NCBI GenBank assembly: GCA_951406725.2
Contig: OX597818.1
Coordinates: 6,572,001 to 6,636,000 of the forward strand
Direction: 5' to 3'
DNA: 64,000 bases
Origin: Octopus vulgaris
Lineage: Eukaryota
The translations under genes were made by a program, and so were the position numbers. The notes under the pieces were generated by a model. The model ran no database searches. It was given only the letters and a program-made list of their open reading frames with translations, and was not told where the DNA came from. The stretch's first letter is position 1. Each line of letters starts with the position of its first letter. Of the stretch, positions 12,933-27,009 are shown piece after piece.

Positions 12933-13979
12933 AAATATCAGAGAATTCCCAAACATCAAAAGGGGTAGATACAAAAGAGGTTGTAGGATTAACTGCATTG
13001 AAGAAAGTTCGATTCATGGAGATCCGATGAAAGGTTTTAAACCTATAGAATTTATGCATGTCTACATATAGCTCATATTGAATATTTGATCAAGTTGTAT
13101 GAAGAAATTTTCGGATACAGTCATGCAAAATTTCTGAAAATCCGAGTAAGAGGCAAAGTGACTGCCACATCATGTAGAGGAAAGTTTGAGTAAAAACATA
13201 GTGACTGTCATGTCGTGTAGAGGAACAGATTGTTATTGAAATTAACAAGAATCGCAGATAAGTTCGATTTTTTTGGAGATCTGATGAAAAAGTCTTGAAC
13301 TTACAAAATTTGTGTATGTCCTTATAGTTCGTAATCCAGTTTTGTGGAGGGATTTAGGGTACAATCATGCGAAAATATCAGGGAGTCCGAATGAGAAGCA
13401 AAAATGACATTCTTATATTGTAGTGGTTCAGGTAGTTAATGAAATATTCAAGAATCACAGAAAGAGGAGGAAGGGGGTAGGAATTTAATCAGTTACTGCT
13501 ATTTAAGCTGTCAAAGAGAAAGGAAAGGGGAAGCTAAGGGGATGGGCACAATTTGATACTAACAAAAAAGTCTAAGTTTGTTTGGAACAAATTCGAACTG
13601 AGGTCAACAATTTATTTCTTTATTTATAAATGTTACTATTAATAGATTGTCAGGTTACAAAGAGGTCATTAGAAAGGAAAGAAAAATGGGGTTGTTTTTA
13701 AATGAAATTAAACTATTATATTATTATTATACTAAACTATAATACCTACATAATGTTATTAAATGAAAATATTAAATGAAATTAAACAATTATATTATTA
13801 TTATACTAAACTATAATACACTACACTATATTATATTATATTATATGTAGACATGCATAAATTCTATAGGTTTAAAACCTTTCATCGGATCTCCATGAAT
13901 CGAACTTTCTTCAATGCAGTTAATCCTACAACCTCTTTTGTATCTACCCCTTTTGATGTTTGGGAATTCTCTGATATTT

Positions 13980-14067
13980 TTTCGGCTGACGAGTACGAGC
14001 CATCTGTATTCACTGCATTTTTTGTAGCTTATTAAAGATGTCCTCGTACGAAACGATCGTACCGAGA
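13980..14067 (+). ncRNA. Type I hammerhead ribozyme motif (right arm)
   Basis: TCGG-CTGACGA-GTACGAG…CTCGTAC-GAAA-CGATCG-TA-CCGA; canonical core, 7-bp stem II extended by CATCT/AGATG, palindromic ACGATCGT, GUA site. Confidence 0.9.
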
Positions 14068-14214
14068 TTTCAATCCATTCTTGTTGCTTTTTTCCTATTT
14101 ATAATCACCCCACTTGTCGTATGGCTAACACCATATAGATATCCGGTGCATCCTAGTTAAGGACCATATTCATGTGAATTCTTTAGAATTCACTAGAATC
14201 TCAATTACTTAACC

Positions 14215-14251
<37 letters not shown>

Positions 14252-14462
14252 CACATACATATATATACACACACATATATATACATATATAAAGAAAGCA
14301 GAAAATGGAGGCAATATTGATGAACAACAATTGGTTTACATAAATCATCATTTAGTAATTGTTTATAAGAAGAATGCATGCCGTCAAACAGCTGTTTCTG
14401 TTGCCAATGTTTTTGGTATCCTCATTGGTACGCTAGAAAAATATGTCATAGTTGGTAATAAA

Positions 14463-14856
14463 CCAAAGAGAGCAAATAATGCAGATGTTGACAAAGCCCT
14501 GACCCATCAATGGCTAATGGCCTCTGGATTAAAATCTGAAACAGAGGAGTTTATCATAGCAGCTCAAGATCGATGTCTACCAACAAGAAACTACCAGGCC
14601 AACATATTAAAGATCAGAAGCAGTCCAACGTGTCGTGTATGCCAGCAACAAAATGAAACTATTGACCATGTGGTCTCCAAGTGCAGTCTTTTAGCGCCTA
14701 CAGAGTATCTCAACAGACACGATAGAGCTGCACAATATATTCACTGGGTAAATCTGCAAAAACCTGGATTTGCCCCATGAAAAAAACTGGTGGGAACACA
14801 AACCACCCCCAGTGCTTGAAAATGACCATATCTCACTCCTCTGGAACGTCAACATT
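14463..14856 (+). mobile_element. Internal 394-bp duplicate of the neighbouring R4/Dong LINE (17220-17613)
   Basis: About 4 substitutions; same CCHC/RHD region and same frameshift. Confidence 0.9.
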
Positions 14857-15172
14857 TGAATCATGGAGTTTCCTCAGAGTGGAAAATACGTAAATAAATG
14901 AAAAGAAGAGAAAAGAAAAGATGGAAAGTTTGGATGTAGTGAGAGTCAAGTCATTTTGCATGTGAATCTCTGTAGGACGTTAAGTAAATGACTAAATTTA
15001 TAAAGAGATATCCTGGTTGCATAGTCCTATATAGGGGGAGTTCTGGTTGAATAAGTAACAATAATAATAGCTGTTTACACAAATACGATAGGTCAAGGTA
15101 GGAGTAAAGATACAATAAAATGTTAAAAGGATAATAATATCACTAATAATAATAATAACAATAATGATGATG

Positions 15173-15256
<84 letters not shown>

Positions 15257-15258
15257 TT

Positions 15259-15462
15259 CAGACAAATACATAACAAAAACACCAGGACTTACAAACACAT
15301 ATAACATACAGAAAATTGCACTACTAGGCACTGCACACATCCTACGCAGAACACTTTCCATACAATAACCATCAGAGCATCACAACAAATCCCAGCACAT
15401 ACCCAAGGCACACAGAGCTGCGCTCGGTAGTGAAGTGAAAGCACGCTATAAAAATAAAACTA

Positions 15463-15465
<3 letters not shown>
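15259..15465 (+). mobile_element. 3' end fragment of another R4/Dong subfamily between (TAA)n tracts
   Basis: Encodes IQKIALLGTAHILRRTLS, homologous to the IQKIVRLGTAHILRKILS terminus at ~17900-17955. Confidence 0.75.
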
Positions 15466-15529
<64 letters not shown>

Positions 15530-15597
15530 GAAGAAGAAGAAGAAGAAGAAGAAGAAGAAGAAGAAGAAGAAGAAGAAGAAGAATAAAGAATAATAAT

Positions 15598-18201
15598 ATC
15601 TAAAGAACTGGAGTCCTTAGAAGAGCAAAAGTGGGAGTGTGTCAAGGTAGAAGATATAAGATCTGCTCTCAGGAGGTCAAGCAAATGGAAGTCTCCAGGA
15701 AAGGATAAAATCCCTAACTTTTGGTTGAATGCCTTCCCAGAGAGCCATGAACTGATAACAGAAATTTACAATGATGTTTTTCAACACCCTAGTAGGATGC
15801 CTCCTTAGCTAGTTAATGGTTTAACATTCCTGCTTCCAAAAAGTGAAGAAACAAATGAACCAAAAAACTATGGACCTATAACCTACTTAACAACTATGTA
15901 TAAAACACTAACATCTGTCCTGACGGAATATACCTATAGTTTTTTGACAGACAGCAGCATATTCCCTAATGAACAGAAAGGATGTAAACGTGGATCCTAC
16001 GGTTGTAAAGATCAACTACTCATCAATAAGATGATCTTAGAAGATTGTCACAAACGGCACAAAAACTTATCAATAGCCTGGATAGACTATAAAAAGGCTT
16101 TTGATAGCCTACCACATAGCTGGATTAAGAAATGCCTAGAAATGTATAAGATAGCCCCTGCTCTGCGAAACTTTTTGTCTGTAAGTATGAGATCATGGAG
16201 AACCACACTAACTTTGAACAGTGACAATGAATCTCTAAATGCTGGTGATGTAAAAATTTCATGTGGCATTTTCCAGGGTGACTCACTATCACCACTCCTC
16301 TTCTGTTTAGCCTTAATACCTCTCTCAAAACTGCTCAATGACGCGCAGTACGGGTATAAAATGTTTGATAAAAATATAAATCATCTCATTTACATGGATG
16401 ATTTAAAGCTCTTTGCAAAAAATGACCAACAACTCAAGGGCTTACTAGCGATTGTCAAACAATTCAGTGATGACATCAGAATGCAATTTGGCCTCGATAA
16501 GTGTGCAAAAGCTACCTTTATCAAAGGAAAAATGACAGAAACATCTAACGTTAACCTTAACCAGTAGAATGTCATAAAAGAATTAGACCCAGCAGAGAAC
16601 TACAAGTATCTAGGGCTAATTGAAGGAGAAGGAATAAGGCATTCAGAGGTGAAGGAAAGGATCAGGAGAGAATGTTATCGCAGAGTAAGAGCAATACTCA
16701 AGACACAGCTGAATGCGAGAAACAGGATCGAAGCGATCAATGCATTGGCCATACAAGTTGTGACTTACAGTTTCAATATCGTTAACGGGTTAATTACTGA
16801 AATATGTAATCTTGACAGGAAAATACGAAAACTGTTGACAATGCATAGAATGCACCACCCTAAGGCAGATACAGAACGACTTTATCTGCCAAGAAAAGAG
16901 AGAGGCCGTGGACTTTTACAACTGGCAATAACAATGAAGATTGCTACAATTGGCCTACACACCTACCTGAAAAACTCTGAGGACTGGATGTTAAAACTTG
17001 TCTCAAAACAAGAAAGCAAACAAGAAAGCATCATACTCAGTAACAAAACAGGCAAAGGAATATCTAAGTGAATTTCGAATACAACAAATTTCGGAATTAG
17101 AGATAGACATACAAGAAACAAGCACAGAAAAAGCTAAGCGCATGAAAACCCGTGCTAAATCTGCGGCCTTAGATATTCTGAATGATAAATGGCAAGAAAA
17201 ACCTCTCTATGGCAAATACCCAAAGAGAGCAAATAATGCAGATGTTGACAAAGCCTTGACCCATCAATGGCTAATGGCCTCTGGATTAAAATCTGAAACA
17301 GAGGAGTTTATCATAGCAGCTCAAGATCGATGTCTACCAACAAGAAACTACCAGGCCAACATATTAAAGATCAGAAGCAGTCCAACGTGTCATGTATGCC
17401 AGCAACAAAATGAAACCATTGACCATGTGGTCTCCAAGTGCAGTCTTCTAGCGCCTACAGAGTATCTCAACAGACACGATAGAGCTGCACAATATATTCA
17501 CTGGGTAAATCTGCAAAAACCTGGATTTGCCCCATGAAAAAAACTGGTGGGAACACAAACCACCCCCAGTGCTTGAAAATGACCATATCTCACTCCTCTG
17601 GAACGTCAACATTCAAACTGACAGAAAGATAGATGCAAATAGGCCAGATATCATATTGAAAGACTTCAAACAAAGAACATGCCTCCTCATTGATATGACT
17701 GTCCCAATCGATACATACGTATCTGTCAAGACCTACCAAAAACTGAGCAAGTATAAAGATCTTGAAATAGAAATCAGAAAAATGTGGAACCTGAAGACTA
17801 AAACAATACCTGTTTTCATAGGTGCCCTGGGAATGATAGCAAAAGGGGCTGATAGCTACCTAACTCAGATACCAGGAAACCCAAAAATGGCAGAAATTCA
17901 AAAGATAGTGCGCCTCGGAACTGCTCATATCCTACGCAAAATACTTTCTATGTAATCTCAAGGTTTAAAACAAACATAATTTTCGGTTTTTAAGGGAAAA
18001 AAAATATTATTTTTATTTATTTATTTATTTTATTATTTTTTTTTTAGACATTCATTAGTACAACACCAAAAACTCCCCCCCCCCCGAATATATGGCACAC
18101 TAGGCATAACAACAACATGAACTTCCAACCTGTTGTCTCTTGAGGTGTCTGGGTGAGACTTGGAGCCAACTTGTACAAATATAAAGCAAAAGACAAACAT
18201 A

Positions 18202-18202
<1 letters not shown>
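15598..18202 (+). mobile_element. 5'-truncated R4/Dong-clade non-LTR retrotransposon (RT + CCHC + restriction-like endonuclease), frameshifted
   Basis: EQKGC, WIDYKKAFDS, GIFQGDSLSPLLF, YMDDLK; C..C…ETIDHVVSKC, RHD, RPDII, LID, KY; flanked by (TAA)n/(GAA)n and a (TAA)n tail. Confidence 0.92.
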
Positions 18203-18294
<92 letters not shown>

Positions 18295-18321
18295 TAATAA
18301 TAATAATAATAATAATAATTC

Positions 18322-18830
18322 CCGTAAATCCTCGAGTATAGTCCGCCCTTGAGTATAATACGCAGGGGATTTTAGGGGGCTGCACCTCTGAAAAACCTAA
18401 ACCTTGTGTATAATACGCACCCCTTCTCTAACTTGAGTCAAGGAGGTCTATATAACGTCCTTGGTTTGTAAAACTTTATACGGTAATGTCCTTTATTATT
18501 ATTGTATATATAACAATGCAAACGTGTAGCTTTTTTGTGGATTTTGCTTGCAGAAAAAAAAGAAATAACAGTAATAACGTTGAATAAATGTTGCTTACAG
18601 CAAGTTATGGATGATGCTTTTATGACTTCATTGCTTTCAAGCTTAGCTTAAGGTATTTTCGCGCCCGACATCATAAAATGCGTCTGAATAAACATTGCCG
18701 GACAGCAAATAGAGACTCGGATGTTGCTTAGGAAAAACAATTCATTTTTAACCTCGTATATCGTACGCACTAAGGATTTTGACCTTTAAATTTTGGGGAA
18801 AAAATGCGGATTATACTCGAGGATTTACGG
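18322..18830. mobile_element. Tc1/pogo-type MITE
   Basis: TIRs CCGTAAATCCTCGAGTATAGTCCGC / GCGGATTATACTCGAGGATTTACGG followed by TA. Confidence 0.8.
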
Positions 18831-19292
18831 TAATAATTATATTTGTTGTACTAATTAATAGTATTTATCATAATAAAGTGCATGTCGATTAATGTAATTA
18901 GTACTTTATGCTAGGCATTTCAGTCAATCCCCCTATTGTCCAATGTGAGATAGACCAGGGTCAAACGCCCGATACAATAGGTCAGTTAAAATTTAAAAAT
19001 AAAAGACCAGCTTTTAAAACCGTTATAATGGGGTAACATTAATAAATAAGAGCATGATATATATTGTAAGGGGCCCGAAGTCGTTTACGACAATACAAAT
19101 TAAGCTAAAATAGAATACAATAAAATGAAATACAATAAGACAAATAAGAAAGCATTAAAATTTGGACAATTAGGAATTTAGAAGGCTAATGGGGGAAGTA
19201 TTATAAAGCCTTTTAAATATAGGTAATATACCGGTAGTATAATGGATACTTTAATCCCCTAGACGGTTACTTTAACCTCTAATTCACCTAAC

Positions 19293-19354
<62 letters not shown>

Positions 19355-19356
19355 AC

Positions 19357-19404
<48 letters not shown>

Positions 19405-19677
19405 GCGTGTGTGTGTGTGTGTGTATGTATATGTATATATATATACATATATGCAGAGAATGGAGAGACAGAATATCAAGATTCAGAGATAAATAAATTG
19501 AGACAGCCAGAGAGAGGGAGGGGAAGCAGTTTTTGTTTCATTACATTTCAAATGCATCAGGAGACAAATTAAGGATTTGAATTGATTTAAAATAACATGA
19601 AGAAACACTAGCATGACCCTAACAAACATATGAAATTGCTCATGTAGAAATTAAGCAGTAATAAAATTGCTCTAGAT

Positions 19678-19971
19678 CAGGGCTGGTCAACCTGAAGCCT
19701 GTAGGCCACCTATGGCCCGTAGACTTTAATCTTGCGGCCCGCTTGTTACTTTCTTAAAATCGGTTTATTTAAAGAAACATTTAAATTTGTTTAATCAAAT
19801 ATTAATAATTGTAATGAAATGTATAAAAGAAAGATACTACTGCTTTTCCAACGGTAGTAATAATAGCAGGAGAAAGCAAAATGCTTTCAATTTTGTCAGT
19901 ATACAGGTGGCTCTCAAAAGCCTTTCTGTGATTAAAGTGGCCCGCGATGTGATTCGAGTTGGCCAGGCCTG
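19678..19971. mobile_element. hAT (Charlie-like) MITE
   Basis: Ends CAGGGCTGGTCAAC / GTTGGCCAGGCCTG; 8-bp TSD-like CTCTAGAT / CTATAGAC. Confidence 0.7.
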
Positions 19972-20962
19972 CTATAGACATATTATCGACATATAAATCT
20001 TCAATATAAATAAACATGTTAGCATCTAAAACGATTGCGGTTGAGTAAAAATAAGAGACCAAGACAGCTTAGTAGATAAGGAAGAAGTCATTACATACGT
20101 GACATTTAGTGTTTTTTAATTATTATTGGTATATTGGCACTGATATTTCAAAAGACAAATTATTATTTAATATTTTTCATACATACATCTACTCAAGAAT
20201 ATATGCAACTATGTGCGAGTATATGGATCCCTCTGTCAACATTTAAGTTTATAGGACAACTGAAAACTACCAAAACAGGTAACAAAATAATTAAACAACT
20301 CAACTCGGCCTGCCTGGAATGAAACTTCATTTCATAACTTATTAGTTGTTGAGTTATAACGTATACAAAAATATTTCTATGTTGCACTTTGTATATATAT
20401 ATATGGATCCTTGTATCCGCGAAAGATTGTGTCTGTGTGTGTTTGTGTATGTCTATGTCATTTCAAACAATCGGTTGGCATCTATAGACGACGAACGATC
20501 AACAGAATTAACTCTGTACTGAATTAGCGGAAATGAAGATGAGCATTCTACTAATATTTGGAATCAATGAGACGCAATTACAAAAATAATCCGATTGAAG
20601 GGCTTGTATACATTTTCAGTCTCATCAAAATGTTTCAGAAAAAGATATTTGCCCTAAAAGCAACGCAGTGAGATAGAAATCTGGACATCATGGTTATGAA
20701 TGGAACTAACGTCATAAATATTCAATCATGCAACGCCAACCACTTTCTTTCTCTCTTTCTCTCTGTATGTAAATATACATTCATACACAGTTTTATATAT
20801 ATATATATATCAAATATGAATTAGAGATAAAACCACTATTATGCAATTCTAACAATGATAGACATAAACCAAAACATAAATAACAAATAAAATATATTTT
20901 TATAAAACATATAACTAGATCACAAAAAGTATAAAAATGAATAATCAATATATAAGTAAAAA

Positions 20963-21062
20963 AACTACGTACGTTTCATGGCTATAATTAAATTCGAATT
21001 ACAATTAAATCCAAATTTAATTGAAATGAATTTAATTTAAAATTGTAGTCAATCTCCAGGTT
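20963..21062 (-). ncRNA. Degenerate type I HHR with a long AT-rich stem II
   Basis: Minus strand: AAC-CTGGAGA-TTGACTACAATT…AATTATAGCCAT-GAAA-CGTACG-TA-GTT; palindromic ACGTACGT; core A6 changed to G. Confidence 0.6.
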
Positions 21063-21682
21063 AGCAATAATAGTTAAATAAATAAGCAAACAGAGTTAAA
21101 TAATTATTGAAAAAATAAATAAATAATGATTTTCTTATTGAAGAAACTCCATTAACTAAATTTGAAACTTAAAACATTAGGATCAGTTTTCTACAATACA
21201 TTTATTAAAAAATTTAAGGAAAAAAATAGAGTAAGTAGATACAAAAATGTATCTATCTGTGAAGATATAATTTAGCTTAAAACAACGTTAATAAAGTATA
21301 GACTATATTTAACCTAGTTATACTCTAATATTTTATTACCAAGCTATTTAACGAATATATTTTTAGTTCTCATATAATAATTATAAAATAATAAATACAT
21401 AAAAATAAGTATCTAAATTATAATCAACAAATATAGTAATTAAAAATCTATATTTGTTCTACCAATAAACATGTAAATATATAACCAATAAATAAATTAG
21501 TCCATTACTACTTACATAAATATTATAGATATCTTTAGAAAATATTTGTGAAAAAGAAATTAAGAATTGAAAAATTCCAAATTATATAACATAAAAGGGC
21601 ATAGTAATATGACGTATCAAAATTCCAGAAAATACAGAAAAAATACAGAAAAAACAAAATTACAAAAATCACAAAACTGTTT

Positions 21683-21761
21683 TCCTACGGGCCGTTTCGG
21701 AGACTGCTAATTAATGTGATACATTTCATATTTTCGAAACTGACACACCCCTCATCAGGAG
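21683..21761 (-). ncRNA. Type I HHR motif at a fold-back junction
   Basis: Minus strand: TC-CTGATGA-GGGG…CTCC-GAAA-CGGCCCG-TA-GGA. Confidence 0.6.
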
Positions 21762-22325
21762 TTGATGAGGGGAGTGTCAGTTTCTGTATTTTCTGGAATT
21801 TTGATACGTCATATTACTATGCCCTTTTATGTTCTATTATCCTTGTGTTTTGTATGTAACACTGATTCTTATATATTTATATATATTATATGATTTTTAT
21901 CTATTTATATCTATTATTATATTTATATATGTCAATTTTTATATTCGTTCTGTAGATATAAATGAATATATGAATATATGTATGTATTTGAGTGTGGATT
22001 TTTGGAATGTTCCCTTAGTTCCTGCTCGCATTACCTCCGCTCAAATTAAGAAGTGGAATATAGCTGATTTGGAGCACTGCAACTCCAGTCTGTATAATAT
22101 TTTGAGTATTGTTATTACTAGCAATCTCAAGGTATATATATACAAACATATCTTTCGTCATGAAAATTTTTTAAAGAAACTTCCATATGCGGGGGCATCG
22201 CCTCCGCGAATTTTAGTACATATCTTATTTTTAAGCCTGGTACATATTTTATCGTTACAGTAAGTAAACAAGCGGTGTGAGGGGAAGGGCTAACTTAATA
22301 CAAACATACACACACACATACATAT

Positions 22326-23584
22326 TTGGGTCATCCTATATATAATGCGGTTTTTTATAGTTCTTTTATTTTTCAAAATTAAGAGGAAAAAGTTTTTTTT
22401 AATAAAATATACTCTCCTTCATTTTCTACAATGTCCTTCCATCTGCTAGATTTGCATGGCCCCTCTTCCAAGATTCACTTGTCGGTGATGAAAATTGCTC
22501 CACCAGTACAGTACTGACCTCGTCTAAAGAATTCATATTTTTTTCCGTCTAAATGATTTTGAGAACAGCGGAATAAATGATACATGGTGATTAGAATGTG
22601 TAAGGTCCGGCGAATATGGTGGGTTGGGCATGGTTGCCAATTAAAACTGCTCCAACCTTTGTGATGCCATCCTCGCTGTATATGGCCGATACTTATGTTG
22701 ATGGAAGAACATCTTTCGTCTTGGAACCAAAGATGGTCGTTTTTCTTCTAGTGCTGACGTAAGCCGCTCAAGCTGCTCGCAGTAGATCTCATTTGTTATC
22801 GTTTGGATTGGGTTTAAAATTTGAAAGTGGACTAAACCTTTCATTTCCTGCAAAACAGATAACAACACTTTACGTGAGTGAAGATCTTTTTTTGCCTGGG
22901 CTGCCGATGTAACTTCTTTCCCTGCACACTGTCCTCGGCGCTTGACATATATTATAGAGAACCTCAACAACAGTCACTATTTGGTCCAAAGAAATTTTGT
23001 TCGTGAGAGGTGTCAGCAACACATTCACTCCCTGAACCCGAACACAGGTGGAACGTTTGTGAGCAACCCATTGACCCATTTTGCTGACTTTTCCGATGGC
23101 ACGCAGGTGTCGATGAATGGTTGAATGAACAAATGGAAGCTTCTCTGCTACTTCCTCAACAGTTACGATGGGATTTTGTTCCACCAGAGTTTGCAGGACG
23201 TCCACGTCGAACTCCCAGAACGAGGCTCGTCTTCTAGGCTGTAGTTTCTGGAACCAGTGTTGACACTGGCTTACTCTTATTGTCCGATCCCCATATACTG
23301 CGTTAATATTACTCGCATTTTCTGTTGCGTCGTTGAATTCATTGAACTCAAAGTAAAATATGACGAATATCCTCCTTTGTCCCTTCCACTATAACTCTGA
23401 AGAAATAACTGTTAAAATTGAAATGTACTCTTTAAATTCGCATTAAGATTAAATAAAAGATAAAATTACTTCCTGATTTAATAGTAAATTGATGTAGGGA
23501 GTTTATCCCGCCTCACTCCGACCTTTAGGACCTTTAGTACATGCAATTGAAAAAAAACGCATTCTTTAAGAAGGGATGACCTAA
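22326..23584 (-). mobile_element. Near full-length decayed mariner transposon
   Basis: TIRs TTGGGTCATCC…ATGCGGTTTTTT / AAAAAACGCAT…GGATGACCTAA; HTH (STIHRHLRAIGKV), WV-H and YSPDL-like remnants. Confidence 0.85.
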
Positions 23585-23626
23585 TATATCTATCTATCTC
23601 TCTATGTATCTATGTATGTCTGTCTG

Positions 23627-23678
<52 letters not shown>

Positions 23679-23908
23679 GCCGACAGGGGATTATAGTAGA
23701 AGACACATCCCCAAAGTGCTATGCAGTAGGACTGAACTAAGGATCATATGTCTTCAAAACAAGCTCATTACCACATATACGAAAACAACGCGAGAAGGTA
23801 GAAAGTAAACTACAACTTGAAAAGAAACAGAACACAGCTGCAGTTTTACCTTGCATTTCTATAATTTATCGTGAAGATCCCATCTGTCTATCTATCTACC
23901 TATCTATA

Positions 23909-23973
<65 letters not shown>

Positions 23974-24033
23974 GTCTGTCTGTCTGTCTGTCTGTCAGTT
24001 TAGCTAGATATATATATATATATATATATACAT

Positions 24034-24079
<46 letters not shown>

Positions 24080-25490
24080 TAGAGAAATAATACTATACTT
24101 CATTCCTGAGTACAACATGATCTTTATTATCCGAGTGCAAGTTTCTGTAATATAAGCAGCTTAGGATAGATCTTTTAATTTGAGCGATTGAAATCGATTT
24201 TTCCTATTGTGTTCCACGGACTCTTATAGAAGTGCACAGCAAAAACCGCTTTGAAATTCATTAGTTGATGATACAATATTTTATACAATACGTATATGTA
24301 TATATATACACATACATTCATATATACACTCACACACGTAGACATATATAATATACTATTCGTGCCTACCTGTTGTGCGTGTGTGTGTGTTTGTCTGTGT
24401 GTACTGGCAATGTGAATGTATGCAAGATAATATTTGTAATTAATTCAGCGTTGAAAAGTACTCGAAGGTAAACATTAGAATCATATAATTGTTAGAATAG
24501 AAATTGGAATTTGAATCAAAATATGGATTTTTGTGTAATTCTGATAGAAAAGATTAAAAAGACAAGTATTGTGCGAACGAGCTGCTTGTTGGCTAACGTT
24601 TTGAAGTGCGTGTCTAATTGAAATCATACTGGATGTTTTATACTGATTTTGAAGAAGTTAATTTTAATTTTGATCATTTTAGGAATGACATGACATTATA
24701 GAAGAAAATGGGAGAATTTCCATCTCACGTAACAAAGATGTGATTTTCAAGAACTTCAAGCGTACAGATTCCGTAACCTTAATATATACTGTGAATAAAA
24801 TATTACATATATTCTGGAGAAGTTTAACCCTCAAAAATACCACTACATGATGGCTGTCTACACGTTAGACATGCATGACCAGAACAGACTGTATTAGGGT
24901 CTTGTTTTATATATGAGCGAGTCTTCTCCAAAATGCTCATAAGCTAGTTAACCCATACCTGGAACTCTAACAGGTGCTACTGCCCCAGGACAGAGCTGGC
25001 CTGGGAAAGTTATTGGCCAAGTGATGGCTCCACACTCATCAGTATTCCGAAACCTCCACACCAAGACCCAGTTATGGGATGCAGGTTAAACGTGCGCGCG
25101 CACACACACATACACATTCGCGTGCGCGCACACACACATACACATTCGCGTGCGTGCACACACACATTTATGAAAGAGAAATGAGAGAGATGGAAAATGA
25201 AATAAACGGGAAATTTCTCTTGTATCCTTCATCGCGTGTGCGAAAGAGAATAGGACAGGAGACGTCGATGTTTCCTAGGGCTAAATGGCGGTAGTGTAAT
25301 TCCCTTACGGGACTGTCACATTGAGTTGACGGTATACGACCACTATATATAAACTTATAAATAAGGGCAAACGAAAAATTTCTAATGCCAAATATGACGA
25401 AATTAGATACCCTGTCCATAACCATATATTTTTTCACAATACGCACGCTACTCGAAAAAGGTCGATAGAAATTTCTAAAAAATTCCATTA

Positions 25491-25550
25491 TTACCATATC
25501 GGACCGATTTCAGGGTTAGTTGGTAAGAAACCTCCCTTCGTCAGTGATAA
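25491..25550 (-). ncRNA. Type I hammerhead ribozyme motif
   Basis: Minus strand: TTATCA-CTGACGA-AGGG…CCCT-GAAA-TCGGTCCG-ATA-TGGTAA; all three stems pair. Confidence 0.85.
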
Positions 25551-25863
25551 ATGTGGCAAAGAAATAAATGAGATACTTACTCATATCCATGGAAGAAGCA
25601 AATACTAAGTCATGAGCACAATTAAGTACCCCAAATACATCCAAAATAGAAATTCTCCAGCCCATTTGTGACACGTGCGATTTGAACTGAGGCTCTCACA
25701 CAGTGAGACAGTCCGGAAGTGAACACTATTAAATTTATATTTAATGTAGGATAAAATTTTTCGAAAAAAACGTTTATCAATGGCCAGCCTAATTGTGCTC
25801 ATGACTTAATGTTTGCGTCTTACATGGGTATGAGTAAGTATCTCATTCATTTCTTTGCCGAAT

Positions 25864-25923
25864 TTATCACTGACGAAGGGAGGCTTCTTACGAACTAACC
25901 CTGAAATCGGTCCGATATGTTAA
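25864..25923 (+). ncRNA. Type I hammerhead ribozyme motif
   Basis: TTATCA-CTGACGA-AGGG…CCCT-GAAA-TCGGTCCG-ATA-TGTTAA. Confidence 0.85.
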
Positions 25924-26146
25924 TAATGGAATTTTTTAGAAATTTCTATCGACCTTTTTTGAGTAGCGTGCGTATTGGGAAAAATTATATAGTTATGGAC
26001 AGGGTGTCTAATTTCGGCATATTTGGCATTAGAAATTCTTTTCGTTTGCCCTTATTTATAAGTTGTTTATAAATTTAACCTTTAAAGGTATTTTTTAATA
26101 TGCTGACCATTGATAAATTTTTTTTCGAAGAAATTTTATCCTACGT

Positions 26147-26259
<113 letters not shown>

Positions 26260-26545
26260 TGTTATTCTACCAATTATATACGTTATTATATTTTTTTTGC
26301 AATTTAACCATTGACATTTTATTTTTATTTTAATTTTAATATTTCTATTTTATGTAATTTTCTAGATGGTGTAATTTAATTGTTCATTTGAATTGATAAA
26401 AGGTGTTTCTTTTCTAATTTTTTGTATATATATTATATTCTTTGAAATTTGATTTAGCATTTCTAAATTGAAATCTTTTTCCATGTAAGTTTGGATTTTA
26501 TTCCCTCAAATAATAATTATGTATATATATATATATATATATATA

Positions 26546-26881
26546 CTCTCTTTTACTCTTTTACTTGTTTCAGTCATTTGACTGTGGCCATGCTGGAGCA
26601 TCACCTTTTTTAGTCGAGCAAATCGACCCCAGGACTTATTCTTTGTAAGCCTAGTACTTATTCTATCGGTCTCTTTTGCCGAACTGCTAAGTTACGGGGA
26701 CGTAATGACACCAGCATCAGTTGTCAAGCGATGTTGGGGGGACAAACACAGACACACAAATATATACACATACACATACATATACATATATATACATATA
26801 TACGACGGGCTTCTTTCAGTTTCCGTCTACCAAATCCACTCACAAGGCGTTGGTCGGCCCGAGGCTATAGTAGAAGACACT
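26546..26881 (-). mobile_element. SINE
   Basis: Same family as 9926-10340; tail (minus strand) CAGTCAAATGACTGAAACAAGTAAAAGAGTAAAAGAG. Confidence 0.8.
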
Positions 26882-27009
26882 TGAATGGTTTTCTTATAAA
26901 GAAGCGGGTTTTACAATTCTGTAAATAATTATAATGGTATATATTTAAATATATAAAGTATATCAGAAAATATATTATCATATGTGATGAATATATATAT
27001 ATATGGGTT

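Larger units (their letters stand above)
12809..14215. mobile_element. (TA)n-flanked cassette with 262-bp inverted arms, each containing an HHR
   Basis: Arms 12809-13070 and 13842-14103 are near-perfect reverse complements (identical 60-aa ORFs on opposite strands). Confidence 0.85.

Noticed and set aside
12877-14035. Identical 60-aa ORFs on opposite strands (similarly the 69-aa pair at 5694/6175 and the pair at 55425/56104)
   Set aside because: By-products of DNA duplication or inversion; no domain similarity recognised
18888-18990. Minus-strand GACT-GAAA-TGCCTAGC-ATA half motif
   Set aside because: No recognisable core at the right position; at most a truncated remnant
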